Shown one piece after another: positions 45,841 through 64,000 of a DNA stretch of 64,000 nt. Position 1 is the stretch's first letter. Every line of letters begins with the position of its first letter. The stretch comes from the human T2T-CHM13v2.0 reference genome, Homo sapiens, in assembly GCF_009914755.1 (NCBI RefSeq), contig NC_060925.1, one strand, 5' to 3'. The translations under genes and the position numbers were made by a program. The notes under the pieces are model-generated. The model saw only the letters and a list, made by a program, of their open reading frames with translations. It was not told the origin of the DNA and did not search any database.

Positions 45841-48487
45841 CCCTCAAAGACTCTACATTTATAAAACATTTTTCTTTTATAATTTTTTTCCATTTCTCAG
45901 TCACAAGTACAAGTAAAACCTGAATATTCAATACTATGCTTGCAGGTCCTGCTTTCTTTAGGAAAAGAGATACCAAGAGAAGGCACTGGGATTGGGTACT
46001 CCTTTTCAGAAGACAGTTCACTAATAATCGATATAAATAAAGGAGGATTTATCCCAAATTAGTTAAGCATACACTCTCTCACCACGTTTTATTTTATTGA
46101 AATATACTTTACGCTGATTAGATATAGAGAAGTCTTTCTTAATAAAAGAATTCCACTCTTTGTATGCCAACTAATATAGCATAAATATGACTATTTTCTT
46201 GGTACAAAGCAAGGATCTACTTGCTGATATAAGATGAATTCAAAATCTATACACATCATTTTCTCTGAAATCAGGTAACTTCAAACTCTCTTTGTTGCTT
46301 CTAAATCTATAAGAAGTTTGGAATTAAATAATAAGATAATATTAAAGTGAAATAATCTACTTAAATTTTAAATACTTTAATTTTCTTCAATCTGGTCTAT
46401 GGCACACACATGTCAGAGGACTGATTTAAAGGTGAATTGTCAAAACTTTGGTCTCTGTGTCCAATAGGGACAATCTGTAACAGAAAGTTATTTATAGAAA
46501 CAATCAAAGGTACGAAGAACTGCTAAAGGAAAGCTATCTTTGATCCGAATCTATCTCTTCCCTGTACAGATTGGATTTTCTATTGGTTCAAAGCATAGAG
46601 TGCTAACCTTGAATTAGTATTCTAACTTCAAATGACCAATGGTTGTTTCCAATAGTAGGAAAATATGGATAGTCTCAAGTATTGTTTTGGATAAAGGTAC
46701 AGGTTCGGGCAATGTTTTAATAACATGATGTATTTTTAAAAAGATTATGAGTGTAGGAAATTAAGGTTTATCACAGGATTTATGTCTACTGCTTGAGCAT
46801 AATCACCAGAAGTCTTTCTATTCTTAATTAACAAAATTGTTCCATATTATTTTATTGATTTCTTAGTTAAACTCTTGTTTTTTGCATCTCATAGCTTTTG
46901 ACTTCAAAAATTGGTATTAAATTGAGCTATATCATAAGGAAAAATAATTGAAGATACGTAAACTGAACTTTAATGGGTATATGAAAATATGATAGAGAAG
47001 AATGAAGTGACAGAAAAAAAGAAAAAAGGAATACATTTAGGACTCATTTGAAGTTAGTGTCAACATCAAACACTGAAGACATATTTTTACATAAAATAGT
47101 AAAATTTTAAAATAGTAAAGCTTTAAAACTTGTATATTAAGTCACATACATATTGTTTCTCATATAATTATTGCTAATCTAAATATATTATCCTGTTAGC
47201 TATAGAGATATATTAAAGCTTATTCTGTCAGAACGAAGTATAAACTTAGGAGCTGAATGGACACAGTGGAAGTATGGTATTGAGAAGAGGAAATATATAA
47301 TGAATAATTAAAACTTTATAAAATTTTATGTTTGACTAAATATACAACTTATGAGAAAGGAATGGTGGTAGTATAGAGAAGAAGTAGAAAAATGGCAGGA
47401 GATGAGATGTGACAAGTATGCAGGGCCCAAAAATTAAAAAATTAAGTAAAGTACAAGAGGAGAAGCAAAAAATATAAAGTAAAGGAAAATAATAAGATAT
47501 AAAAGAAAAGCATCACTTAGACAAAGACAAGGAGAAGCAGGAGAACATAAATATATAAGGTAATGGAGAACACCAAAAAGTATGTAATCAACAGAGTCAA
47601 ATATTACAGAGTTTTATCTGTTCAGTTCAATAAATAATTAAGAAGTCCATAATATGTACCAGTGACTGGAATATGTGAAATGCAAAGCATTTCTGAATTT
47701 GGACATTGGGCTCATTGGTAGCTTTTATCAGAGCAATGGCAACAAAATAGAGGTCAGAAACTAGGTAGTAGTGAGTTAAAGAATAAATGTGAGACGGGAA
47801 AGTGGAGACAGCAATTATAAAATGGTATTTTAAGGGTTTTGGTTTTGAAGGGGAGGAGAAATGTAGTACATTAGCTAAACTTGAACAAAGGGTTGAGTGA
47901 AGGGACTGAAAATTGGAAAAGCTTCCATATCAATTTAAGAGTGTGGTTGATAAGGTAAGAAAGAGGGAAGGAATAAACAATGGTTTAAAATACAGGGGAA
48001 AATGAAAGAATTAAAGCTAACCTGAATTTGAAAGCAACACTTTACCATTGAAGACTAAACTAAAGACTTAAATCAGTATAGATACAGATAATGTTGAGGA
48101 GTGCTGGAAAGAAGTATAGGAAACTCACTACTGCTGGTCTCAATTGTTTTGTGTGAATGGAGACTTATTATCTGTTGATGAAGAGGCAATTGTTTCAGGT
48201 GGCTTGAGAAAAGAGAGGAGACTATGGATCATTTACCATGGGAAATCAAATAGTAAATAAATTGGGGGTATATAAATGGATTTCAAGCAATGCTGAATGT
48301 TTGCCACAGCTTTTTAGTCCAAAATAAAATATGACTCCAATAGAAGTGGTCATATAGTTTTTCTACAATACTTAAAATGCATAGTATTTTATCTTAAAAC
48401 GAATTTTGCAAATGGATCCAATATTGAGATATAGCAGAGTTAATGGAAAGGAGTGAGAAGGTGCCTTATAGATTAAGATACACTGGG

Positions 48488-48686
48488 CCAAAGGATGGCA
48501 AACTATAGGCTGCAGGTAAAATACAACTTGCCCCCTTTGTGTAAACAAAGTTTTATTGAAACACAGCCAAGTTCATTTGTTTATGTATTGTTTTTCATTA
48601 CTTTTGTACTATAATGGCAGAGTTGAGTTGTTGCAGCAGAGACATTTTATCTGGCCCTTTACGGAAAAGGTTTTCCAAACCCTCTG
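48488..48686. mobile_element. MER58A-like hAT MITE
   Basis: ggcaaactataggc...aaagttttattgaaacacagcc...tctggccctttacggaaaaggtt. Confidence 0.75.
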
Positions 48687-49352
48687 CTATTTTATCCTAT
48701 TATAGTAAGAAAAATGTAATGCAGTATCTCAATGTTTAAGATATTAAGACTGAAGTTTATTTTCATTCATGTTCACTGTCAATGTAGATCAGAAGGGACT
48801 TTACTCATTGTATTAATTGTAAGAATCAAGTGACAGAAACATCATTTTTTTTCATGTCCTTCTTTAATCGCGGTATCTTTGGGAAAGAGAACATAAAAAT
48901 TCACACAATGGCTTTTAAAACTTCTCTCTAAAGTGGAAGATATTACTTCCACTTTTATTATAGTCTCCTACGCAATCACATGGCCACAGTTACTTCAAAG
49001 AGGAAGGGTTGCGCAGTCCTATCAATTGTCCAGAAGAAAGAAACACTGAATATTTGTAAACAATCCTTATGAGAACCACAGAAACCAAAGAATAGAAGGA
49101 AAGTGAAAGTAAGAATTGAAGTTATATGTGATGAGAACATTGCCAGTTATGGAAAATCATGAAGTATGGGATGACTTTGGAGAAGAAGGGATTAAGAGCC
49201 CAGGAGGTACAAATATGTCAGATGAGAATATAGTGAAGGGAAAAATAAGTGATATACCAGAAAGGATACTATGATATGTTCATTTTAATGCCATTTTGTA
49301 TTATGCTAAGGACAAATAAATAACACCCACTTTTAAATGTTTATATAAATGA

Positions 49353-49691
<339 letters not shown>

Positions 49692-49861
49692 TAAGGCTGT
49701 TGGAAGCATTCTTTAGTTTTCGAAGTTGCCGAAACTCATATTTTTTGCTACTCAAAATTAAATGTGTATGTGTGTTTATGAATGTATGTTTCCCTAATTA
49801 ATAAATTATTCCAATATCTGAATTAAAACACTAGATAAAAATAATGTCATCTAACACATAC

Positions 49862-50700
49862 TATATTAGTTATTTATTGCATTGTAACAAAATACCCCAA
49901 AAACATATTTACTTAAAACAACTAACCTTTATTATCTTACAGTTTCTATCGGTCAGTAATCTCAAAATGGCTTATATAAGTAGTTGTGAATCAGACTGTC
50001 TTCTTGTGTTGCAATCAGGATCATGGCCCAGGCTACAGTGATCAGAAGGCTTGGCTGGGAAGGAGGATCTGCTTCTAACATTACTGACACACATGGCTGT
50101 TGTCAGGAGGCCTCAGGTCCTTACCACATAGGCCTTTCCATGAGTTGATAAATGGCAGCTTTCTCCAGCACTGCTAATCTGAGAATAGAGGAAGCCACAA
50201 TACCATGTATTAGTGTGTTCTCACACTACTAGAAAGAACTACCTGAGACTGGATAATTTATGAAGAAAAGAGGTTAAATTGACTCACAGTTCCACAGCCT
50301 GTACAGGAAGCATGGCTGGGAGGCCTTAGGAAACTTACAATCATGGTGGAAGGTGAAGGGGAGGCAAGCACATCTTACCATGGCAGAGCAGGAGAGACAG
50401 AGAGCAAAGGGGAAAGTGCTACACACTTTTAAACAACCAGGTCTCATGAGAACTCACTCACTATCATGAAAACAGCAAGGGGGAGATCCACCTGTATGAT
50501 CCAATCACCTCCCTCAACATTGGGAATTACAATTCAACATGAGATGTGTGTGGGGACACAGAGCCAAACCATATCAATTATCTACTCACACACTGTTAAC
50601 TTCAGCCATATCTATTCTTTCGAAGTGAGACACTAAGTCCAGCATATATCCAAGGGGAGAGAAATTAGGCACCACTATTTGGAGGGAGGAGTGTTGAAGG
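49862..50700 (-). mobile_element. MLT1-type LTR interrupted by an MSTA/B-like LTR (50206-50576)
   Basis: Inner element reads tgtattagt...gagccaaaccatatca; outer reads tattagttatttattgcattgtaacaaa...accactatttggagggagg. Confidence 0.8.
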
Positions 50701-51099
50701 ACTCCAAGTCTTAGTCATTTCCTAGTGTTGGAGGTAATTTCCAAAAATCATCACATGTAGCAAAATACCACTCAAGTCAATAGAGTATTTTATTTCTGGG
50801 ATGCTCCTTTACCCCTTTTTAATGTTTTTTCTATCTCTACAATCAAATTTCTTTTCTTTCTATCTATAAGTACATAGACAAGAAGTACTACACTTAAACT
50901 ATATATTCCATGAAAGAAAAATATGACACAAATGATTGATTAATGACTTCAACTTTCATTCCTGGCATAATTCCAATCCCTAAGAGAGGAAGCTATTATC
51001 AGTATGAAACATTTCAGTGTGCATAAGAATTATGAGGAAAATATTTAATGATTTTATGGTTGGCTTATGACAATGTAGTTCAGCCCAAATGTATCTAAA

Positions 51100-51750
51100 C
51101 CAACTGAGACCCAACTATATTTGGATTTCAATTATTAATGTTTGACAATGAACCATCTGGAGTTCTCATGGACAAGATAGAGGAGTTGATGAGTTATATG
51201 GTTTATCAGTTTTTAATTTCATTAAATAACCATATCTAATTATCAGACGCATGACTTTATTCTCAGGCCTGCTTCATTACTCACTTGTGTCATTGAACAG
51301 TTTAATGATTTAGGGGAAGTGCAGTACAAATTCACAATTGGAATGATACAGAGGATGATAATAAGGAATCTGCATTAGGGCAGTTCAGCATTCAAAGAGA
51401 CTCTTATGTGCTAAGCTGTATCTAATAAGATGAAATTTAACAATGTTGACTCTAAGATCCTGGACTTGGGTCAAATAAATTACAGTATGAATATATTAGC
51501 AGCAGTTATAAAAATTAGTGAATATTTTTATCAATTTTAAGATCTGTTTGAGCCAACTTTATGATGGAAACACCATAAATGCTGTGAAACCAAAAACTAC
51601 ATTTGTAGAAGTGTAACAAGTAGAATGAAGCTATTTGAAGTCCTTCTATTCTCAGCGCTGATGAGACTCTCTGTGGGTACTAATATTTGCTTCAAGGAAT
51701 CAATTTGTAAAAGGGATAAAAACAGATGTAAATGTGACCAAATTAGAGAA
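51100..51750 (+). mobile_element. Possible L3/CR1 LINE remnant
   Basis: aataagatgaaatttaac...gatcctggacttgggtc resembles the CR1 RT 3' region; heavily diverged. Confidence 0.4.
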
Positions 51751-52943
51751 TAGCTAAATAGCTCGAGCCTGTGGTAATGTTATATGTTTTTAATTATGCC
51801 TCCTTTTTATTCCTTTTGGAAAGAAATCTCGGTGGACAATTTTATTTTATGACCTTCTGGGAAATACCATAATAAGATGGATACTCATACTTGCTTTGAA
51901 ATCAACCACAAGCTTTGAAATCTCTACTCTACCATTTAATGTGAAATTCAATTGAGGCCTTTAAGGCACAGCTCCCACAAATCCAAGACTCAAGCTTTCC
52001 CAATGCAGAATTATTGTTAAATAATACATGTCTCAACAAATCATGATGAAATTTGTAAAATCCAATGGTAAATAGAAAATATTCCAAATCTTTAAAAAGT
52101 GGTGAGGAAAAATGTAGAATGTTACTTAAAAGAAATAAGACTAAGTAAATGTTTTAATTTCAACACTGGGAGCTTCAGATAAATAGGGAAAAAAATCTAT
52201 CAATTATAAGATATATGGATTGTAGGCCAAGAAACTATACTGAAAGAAGTATCATTCACTAGTCTTTATTAGAGAAAGACATTTAAGATATACAATTATT
52301 CAGTTTATAATCCACATAATAAATGTAGAAACTACATGAAAATTTCTCTAATCAAATACAAAAGAAAATAAATCACAGAATTTAAGAAAGATGGAGATGT
52401 AAAAGAATATTTATATGTGTGTGTGTGTATGTGTGTATTGAAATTCTTTTTAACCTATTGCATAAGGTTTATTGAAATAGAAACATATTTCATGGAAAAC
52501 ATTAATACCATTTTGTTATTGAAAGTACTAGATAATCTACAAATAATCCCATGAAAAGAGCAAATTTTCTGAAAAATATATAAACCTGTTAATATAATAA
52601 ACAAGATAGCACTCAAATGTATTTGTCGAAATTAATATATAATAACTCAGTAAAATGTAATTATATTGTACCTTACTTAAATATATTTTATGACATCAAA
52701 ATTATTTTTCTCTCCAATTAAAATTAGAAATAAACAAAAAAGTTAATCAAAATCTTAACTATTTGGATATGAAGAAATATTTCTAGTCTGTTTCTCTGGT
52801 TAAATACAGACTGGAGAACTTGGCTTAATGAATTGTTTGAGGCATGAATTAACTATGTTATTTTTCTGTGCGGTATCATCAAAGAAAAATTTTTGTGTTT
52901 CTCTATATTTTTACGTTGTCTGCAATAAATAGGAAAGAGCCTA

Positions 52944-53254
52944 ATTTATTTATTTACTTATTTATATTTTTCGAGATGGAGTCTCACTCTGTAACCCATG
53001 CTGGAGTGCAAAGACACAATCTCAATTCACTGCAACCTCTGCCTCCTGGGTTCAAGCGATTCTCCTGCCTCTGCTTTCTAAGTAGCTGGAATTACAGGGG
53101 CGCACCACCAGGCCCGGCTAATTTTTTTTGTATTTTTAGTAGAGACGGAGTATCACCATGTTGGCCCAGCTGGTCTCGAACTCCTTACGAGTGATCTGCC
53201 TGTCTCAGCCTTCCAAAGTGCTGGGATTACAGGCGTGAGCCACTGCGCCCAGCC
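52944..53254 (-). mobile_element. AluS
   Basis: Reverse dimer with (TTTA)n tail. Confidence 0.95.
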
Positions 53255-53722
53255 CATGAATTCAATCTAAAACAAATAAAAACCTTAAATCCCTCAAAAT
53301 ACTACTTCCTTACATTGAATTGTTCTGAGAAGAAAATGCAGGGCTCTTGTTTACTGATGAGAATAGAAAAAAAAGAAAGAAAGAAAGAAATACATGAGCT
53401 AAGCGGTAAAATTGGCATATTTCTCAACCGAAAAGCTTATTTAATTAACCAGGGATAGGGTATGTGTATTTAAGGGAAATATATTAAACAGGTCTGTGCA
53501 TTTTTCTTTCTGGAGAGCCTTCATACAAATTTACGCATCATGTGATCCACAAGACATAATTTCATCTTCATTAACAAAGACCTTCTTGTTACATATCTCA
53601 GTCATCTGAGTTCTATCATTTGTTTTGACCTAGAAACCCTAATGGAATGTGTAATTATACTAAGAAGAGAATATAATTCAGTGATAAAAATTTATCTCTA
53701 ATATGATTGTTTATTACAGTAA

Positions 53723-53959
<237 letters not shown>

Positions 53960-54335
53960 TAAACCTCTGAACTGCTATATATATGTATAAAACTTTCAAA
54001 GATCGAAGAAAGGAGAGCACATAAGTGATTACACCTGTCTTATGTAACAGAAATAGGGCCAAGAAAAGAGTTGTTCAAGCAAAGTGACCAAAATAGATCT
54101 TTTCTATTATGAGGATTTCTTCTTGAAAATCACAGGAGAAATAAATATAGGGACTTTATGAGAATATCTATATAATTTATACATCTATTAATTATAAAAA
54201 CTAAAGATAAGTAATATTGAATATTGATATTTCTTTTTGTGCAAACCTTTGTTAGTAACTTTAGTTCGTCTTCAGTTATACATTATTTTTGGATGTTTAT
54301 GCAATCTTATTTAAATATTGTAAAAATAATTGTAA

Positions 54336-54602
<267 letters not shown>

Positions 54603-54855
54603 TAGCATGTTCATGTCTTTCTAAGTAACATAGATGACATTCTAAGACTCATCTATATTAATTGTGGCAAAATGTTTATGTCACCTTGTTTTACCAATGG
54701 ACCTATTTAGTTTTTGGTTTTTCAACTGTGTATAAATGAATATACAAATTTCTTGATAAGTACATAGTAAAATAAATTCTCCTATTAATGGGCATTAGTC
54801 AAGAATACAGTAAAAGAATTTGAACACAATACTTGTTGGTTAAATGAAGTCGTAT

Positions 54856-55494
54856 TGAAGCGGCATCATTGTCTGGGTAAATATCTGAGGTTCGTTATCT
54901 CACACCAAGAAGATTAAGGACGTGGACACACACAAGGAGTGAGTTTAGGAGCACAGGTTTAATAGGCAAAAGAAAGAGAAAGGAGAACAGCTTCCTCTCT
55001 TGTGAGAGAGAGCGGCACCTGAAAGTGAATCCCTGCCCCTGGTGGAGTGCACTGGATTTTATAAACGGTCTTGAGGAAGCAGTGTCTGATTTACATAGGG
55101 CCCAAAGATTGGTTAAACTAGGTGTGACATTTACATAATATGCCAGGAAGCTGGCCGCCCCACCCTAATCTTATTAATCAAATGGGATCTTTGCCTGGCC
55201 AGCGCCATGTTGCTTTCTCCTTACTGTACACGTGGCTGGCAAAGAGAAAGGAAGATGCACCTGCCATATGAACATGCCTAGTCCCAGGTAGCCTTTTCCT
55301 ATTGGCACAACTGCTGGCATTCACCTTGCAAGCTTCCAGCTTGCTTGTCTATGTTTGCAGTTCGATTTTACAGGCTCCTCTTGTTAGAAAAGAAAATGAT
55401 TTGGGGGCTGCCTTTCATTAAAAGGAAAAACCTTATCAAGGACTGCTGTACCCTCATTATCTGCCTAAACGATTTTTTCTCAACTCCTATATCA
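54856..55494 (-). mobile_element. ERV1 solo LTR (LTR9-like)
   Basis: TG...CA, 639 bp; minus strand begins tgatataggagttgagaaaaaatcgtttaggcagata; TSD GTAT/ATAT. Confidence 0.8.
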
Positions 55495-56469
55495 ATATTA
55501 ATATGTACATTGGAATCAATCATTTGACTCAAAATAATTATACAATTATAGTTTAAAATAGAAAGTAAATACGATGATACCCAATAATTCATATATTCAA
55601 GCAGTGATATGACATTTTTACAGTAAAGCTATTTGACTTTCTCTAGTATATGTAAGTACAAATGGGTATTCTGGGATCTTGTGCATATTCTACTCTAGAA
55701 GGTTTCCTACAGTATTTATTCCAACATACATTTATATCAACAGTTACTTCTTTTTTTACATGTTAATGATTGGTGATGTCACATTTTAATATTTACAAAT
55801 TGAATGGCTATAAAATGTTATAACATTATAGTGTAAATTTGCATTTCTTTTACCACTAACTGGGTTTAGAATATATATTCACAGTTTAATTGGTATTTAA
55901 TGCTTCTAATCTTTGGAAATGCAGTTTGATTTTCTTTACTTATCTTTTTGAGAGTTTTGGTATTATTAGTTGGAATCATCTTAACAATTCTGAATATAAA
56001 ATCTCTTTTAATTATACGTAATGCAAATGTATTCTCTTTGTGGCTAGTATTTTTCTTTCCTTTTTTCTGCATTATGAACATAAGTTGCTCATTCTACTAC
56101 ATAATAGTCAATCTTTTTTCATGATGAATGTTTCTTGTTTCTATTTAAAGGAATACTTCAAAAACATAGAGCCACTATACTATTCTTTATTCTAAAAAGT
56201 TATATGTTACCTTTTCTTTTCATATTTTAAAAATATTTTGTGTTGATTTTATTCATGATAATGGCTGTATTTCATGTTTAAATGAAATATGGTAAACTCA
56301 ACATTTCCCTAACAATTTTTATAGTACCTTTCTCAAACAGTATATTTTTTATTGTATATTTTGTACATTGTGTGTGTATACACACACACAATAACTATTA
56401 CTCTGAGTATTCTGCACTATTAGTAAACAATTTTTTAACCAGCATTGCAGTAACCCTCTATTGAATTTT

Positions 56470-56562
56470 ATTTATTTATTTTATTTTGAGATAGAATCTC
56501 ACTCTGTCACCCAGGCTGGAGTGCAATGTCGCGATCTCGCCTCGCTGCAACCTCCACTCCCT
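56470..56562 (-). mobile_element. 5'-truncated Alu
   Basis: 3' end of right arm only; TSD-like tgaatttt on both sides. Confidence 0.85.
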
Positions 56563-56836
56563 GAATTTTAATTAATATAGGTTTTTAATAAGTATGGATA
56601 TGACTTTTCACCCTAATCATGACCTTTCACCCAAATCTTTTTGCTTCATCAGTCTCTTTTTTGTCTCATCATTCAGTGTCAGATGATCCCATTACTTTTA
56701 TTTTTTTCTTCACACATTAATTGAGGCTAATAATATGCCTTGATTAGATATGCAATTTCTCCTGATATCAAACAACTCAATCAACGTTTATGCCTCTTGG
56801 TTTGATTTTGGAGCTGATTGTAGAATCAACTACTTA

Positions 56837-57136
56837 TTTTTTCTCTTTCTTTCCTTCCTTCCTTTTTCTTTCTTTCTTTTTCTTTTTCTTTCTTTCTTCT
56901 TTCTTTCTTTTTCTTTCTTTCTTTCCTTCTCTTCCTTCTCTTTCTTTTTCTTTCTTTCATTCTTTTTTCTTTCTTCCTTTCTTTGTCTACGTTTCTCCTT
57001 CTTTTTCTTTTTTCTCTTTCTTTCTTTCTCTTTCCCTTCCTTTCTTTTTGTTTCTTTCTTTCTCTTTCCCTTCCTTTCTTTTTCTTTCCCTTCCTTTCTT
57101 TTTGTTTCTTTCTTTCTCTTTCCCTTCCTTTCTTTT

Positions 57137-57192
<56 letters not shown>

Positions 57193-57331
57193 TTTCTTTC
57201 CTTCTTTCTTTCTTCCTTCCCTCCCTCCCTTCCCTCCCTCCCTCTGTCACCTACCTACCTACCTACCTCCCTTCCTTCCTTCCTTCCTTCCTTCCTTCCT
57301 TCCTTCCTTCCTTCCTTCCTTCTTTCCTTTT
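56837..57331 (+). repeat. ~495-bp polypyrimidine (TTTC/TTCC/CCTA)n compound repeat
   Basis: Directly visible; it generates the spurious F/S/L-rich ORFs. Confidence 0.97.
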
Positions 57332-57817
57332 GTCCCAAGTTTGTCTGGCTCAAGTTATTCTTAAGAATGTTACTATTTTACTCTTCATGCTAGACCCTGT
57401 ACTTTAGTCAGGTTATTTAGCTACTTTACGGTTGTCATATAATTAACAAGTCTTAGCTTCATCTTCAGATTGAGATATCAACGTTATATTTTCATGTACA
57501 GTCAATTGTCAGTGAATCACATTGTTTTTCAATTTAATAAAATCTAAATTCCTCATAACCATGTTGTGAGAATATGCAGAAAAAATTAAACATACTTGAG
57601 TGAGTACAGTAGATATATATTGGAGTGTATCCTTTATGAATGCAAACTGGCTGTAGTTTCCTTTAAAATAGTCATTTAAATAAAAAATTTGCCAGATAAA
57701 TCACAGAATATCAATTTCTCTTGACTTGTAAAACTTGAATTACTAGTGCCATCTGAATGATTCTTCTGAAGATAGACAGAGTAGTCTCTACTTACCTGTG
57801 AGAGAAAAAAGCTGCAC

Positions 57818-58143
57818 TAGTCCCTCTTATTCATGTGGGATATGTTCCAGGCTCCCCAGTAAATGCCCGAAATGATTAATAGTATAAAACCCAAGTAGAC
57901 TATGTTTTTCCACCTGATAACTTGGAATACTACTAAGTGACTAACAGGCTGGTGCATACACTAGACGAAGGGAGGATTCATGCTCTGGGCGGGATGGAGC
58001 TGAATGGCATAGGATTTCATCAAAGACTACTAAGTGACTAACAGGCAGGTAGTATAAACTGTGGATGCACTAGACAAGAAAGTATTCAGGCTCTGGGGAG
58101 AATGGGGCTGAATGGCATAGGATTTCATCACACTACCCAGAAC
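57818..58143. mobile_element. MER2-family Tigger MITE with internal ~100-bp tandem duplication
   Basis: tagtccctcttattcatgtgggatatgttccagg...; ctactaagtgactaacaggc occurs twice. Confidence 0.7.
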
Positions 58144-58342
58144 ACCTTTTTTTATTGCTAAGTATTATTCCATTATATCATGTATCACGGTCTGTTAATC
58201 CATTCATGTGTTGAAGGGCATTTGCATTGTTTTTGGCATTTGTGAATCATGCTGTTAAGAAAAATATTCATCTACAGTTTTTATATAAACACAAATTTAT
58301 TCCTCATGGATACATATCTAAGACTGGGTTTGTTAGATAAAT

Positions 58343-58388
<46 letters not shown>
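58343..58388. repeat. (TG)n microsatellite abutting an L1 poly-A end
   Basis: Directly visible, about 23 units. Confidence 0.95.
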
Positions 58389-63503
<5,115 letters not shown>

Positions 63504-64000
63504 ATGTGTTCATTTTTATAAGAAATAGACAAACTGTTTTCCTGAGCGATCATATATTGTACCTTCACATACTCAGTGTATGTGAGTTCCAGTTGTTTCG
63601 CAACCTTGCCAGCCTTTGAGATAATGTGTTTTTTTTCCATTAAATTATCCATTCTAATATGTGTGTGATGGTATTGCATTCCCTAGTGACTAATGCTGCT
63701 TAGCATCTTCTTTGTACTTATTTACCATCTATGTACCTCCTTTGGTGAACACTGTCTAAATTTTGCCCACTTTCCATTGAGTTGTTTCTTCCATTACGGA
63801 ATTTTGAGACTACATGATATATTGTGGCTACAAGCCCTTCACTGAGTAAATATTTTGCAAATATTTTTCTTGCATCTGTAGCTTTACTTTTCTCTCTAAT
63901 AGTCTCTTTTCATGAGCAAAAGTATGTAATTTTGATGTTATCACATTTTTCATTTATAGATTACGCTCTTTGTGTCATCTAAAATTTCCTTGCCTAAACC
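63504..64000 (-). mobile_element. Old L1M host element (continues from 58145-58342)
   Basis: tttataagaaatagacaaactgttttcc...tgcattccctagtgactaatg continues the reverse L1M sequence broken at 58342. Confidence 0.75.

Noticed and set aside
56750-57407. Overlapping 204-, 205-, 136- and 87-aa ORFs
   Set aside because: These are translations of the stop-free CT-rich repeat and are low-complexity artefacts.

Overview
Primate (almost certainly human) genomic DNA, AT-rich and repeat-dense. It holds about 16 kb of upstream sequence and the 5' part of the complement factor H gene (CFH) on the + strand. Nine GT-AG exons total 1336 coding nt and encode the signal peptide plus CCP/SCR modules 1-7. The window ends inside intron 9, and I did not find the FHL-1-specific exon in it. 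Alleles read directly are Val62, Ala307 (GCC), Tyr402 and T at c.-332. The rest is transposon-derived: Alus, L1/L2/MIR, ERV1 solo LTRs, a complete THE1-type MaLR provirus, a piggyBac MER75 and hAT/Tigger fossils. I see no evidence of a new multi-gene system. The most unusual structures are in intron 9: a three-tier L1 nest with two independent 5'-inversions. That nest creates a ~1.55 kb inverted repeat and a chimeric 397-aa ORF. Other features worth checking are an in-frame uORF, a 51-bp direct repeat flanking exon 4 and a small fold-back triplication in intron 1. Repeat subfamily names and SNP identities come from recalled consensus sequences, not a database search.
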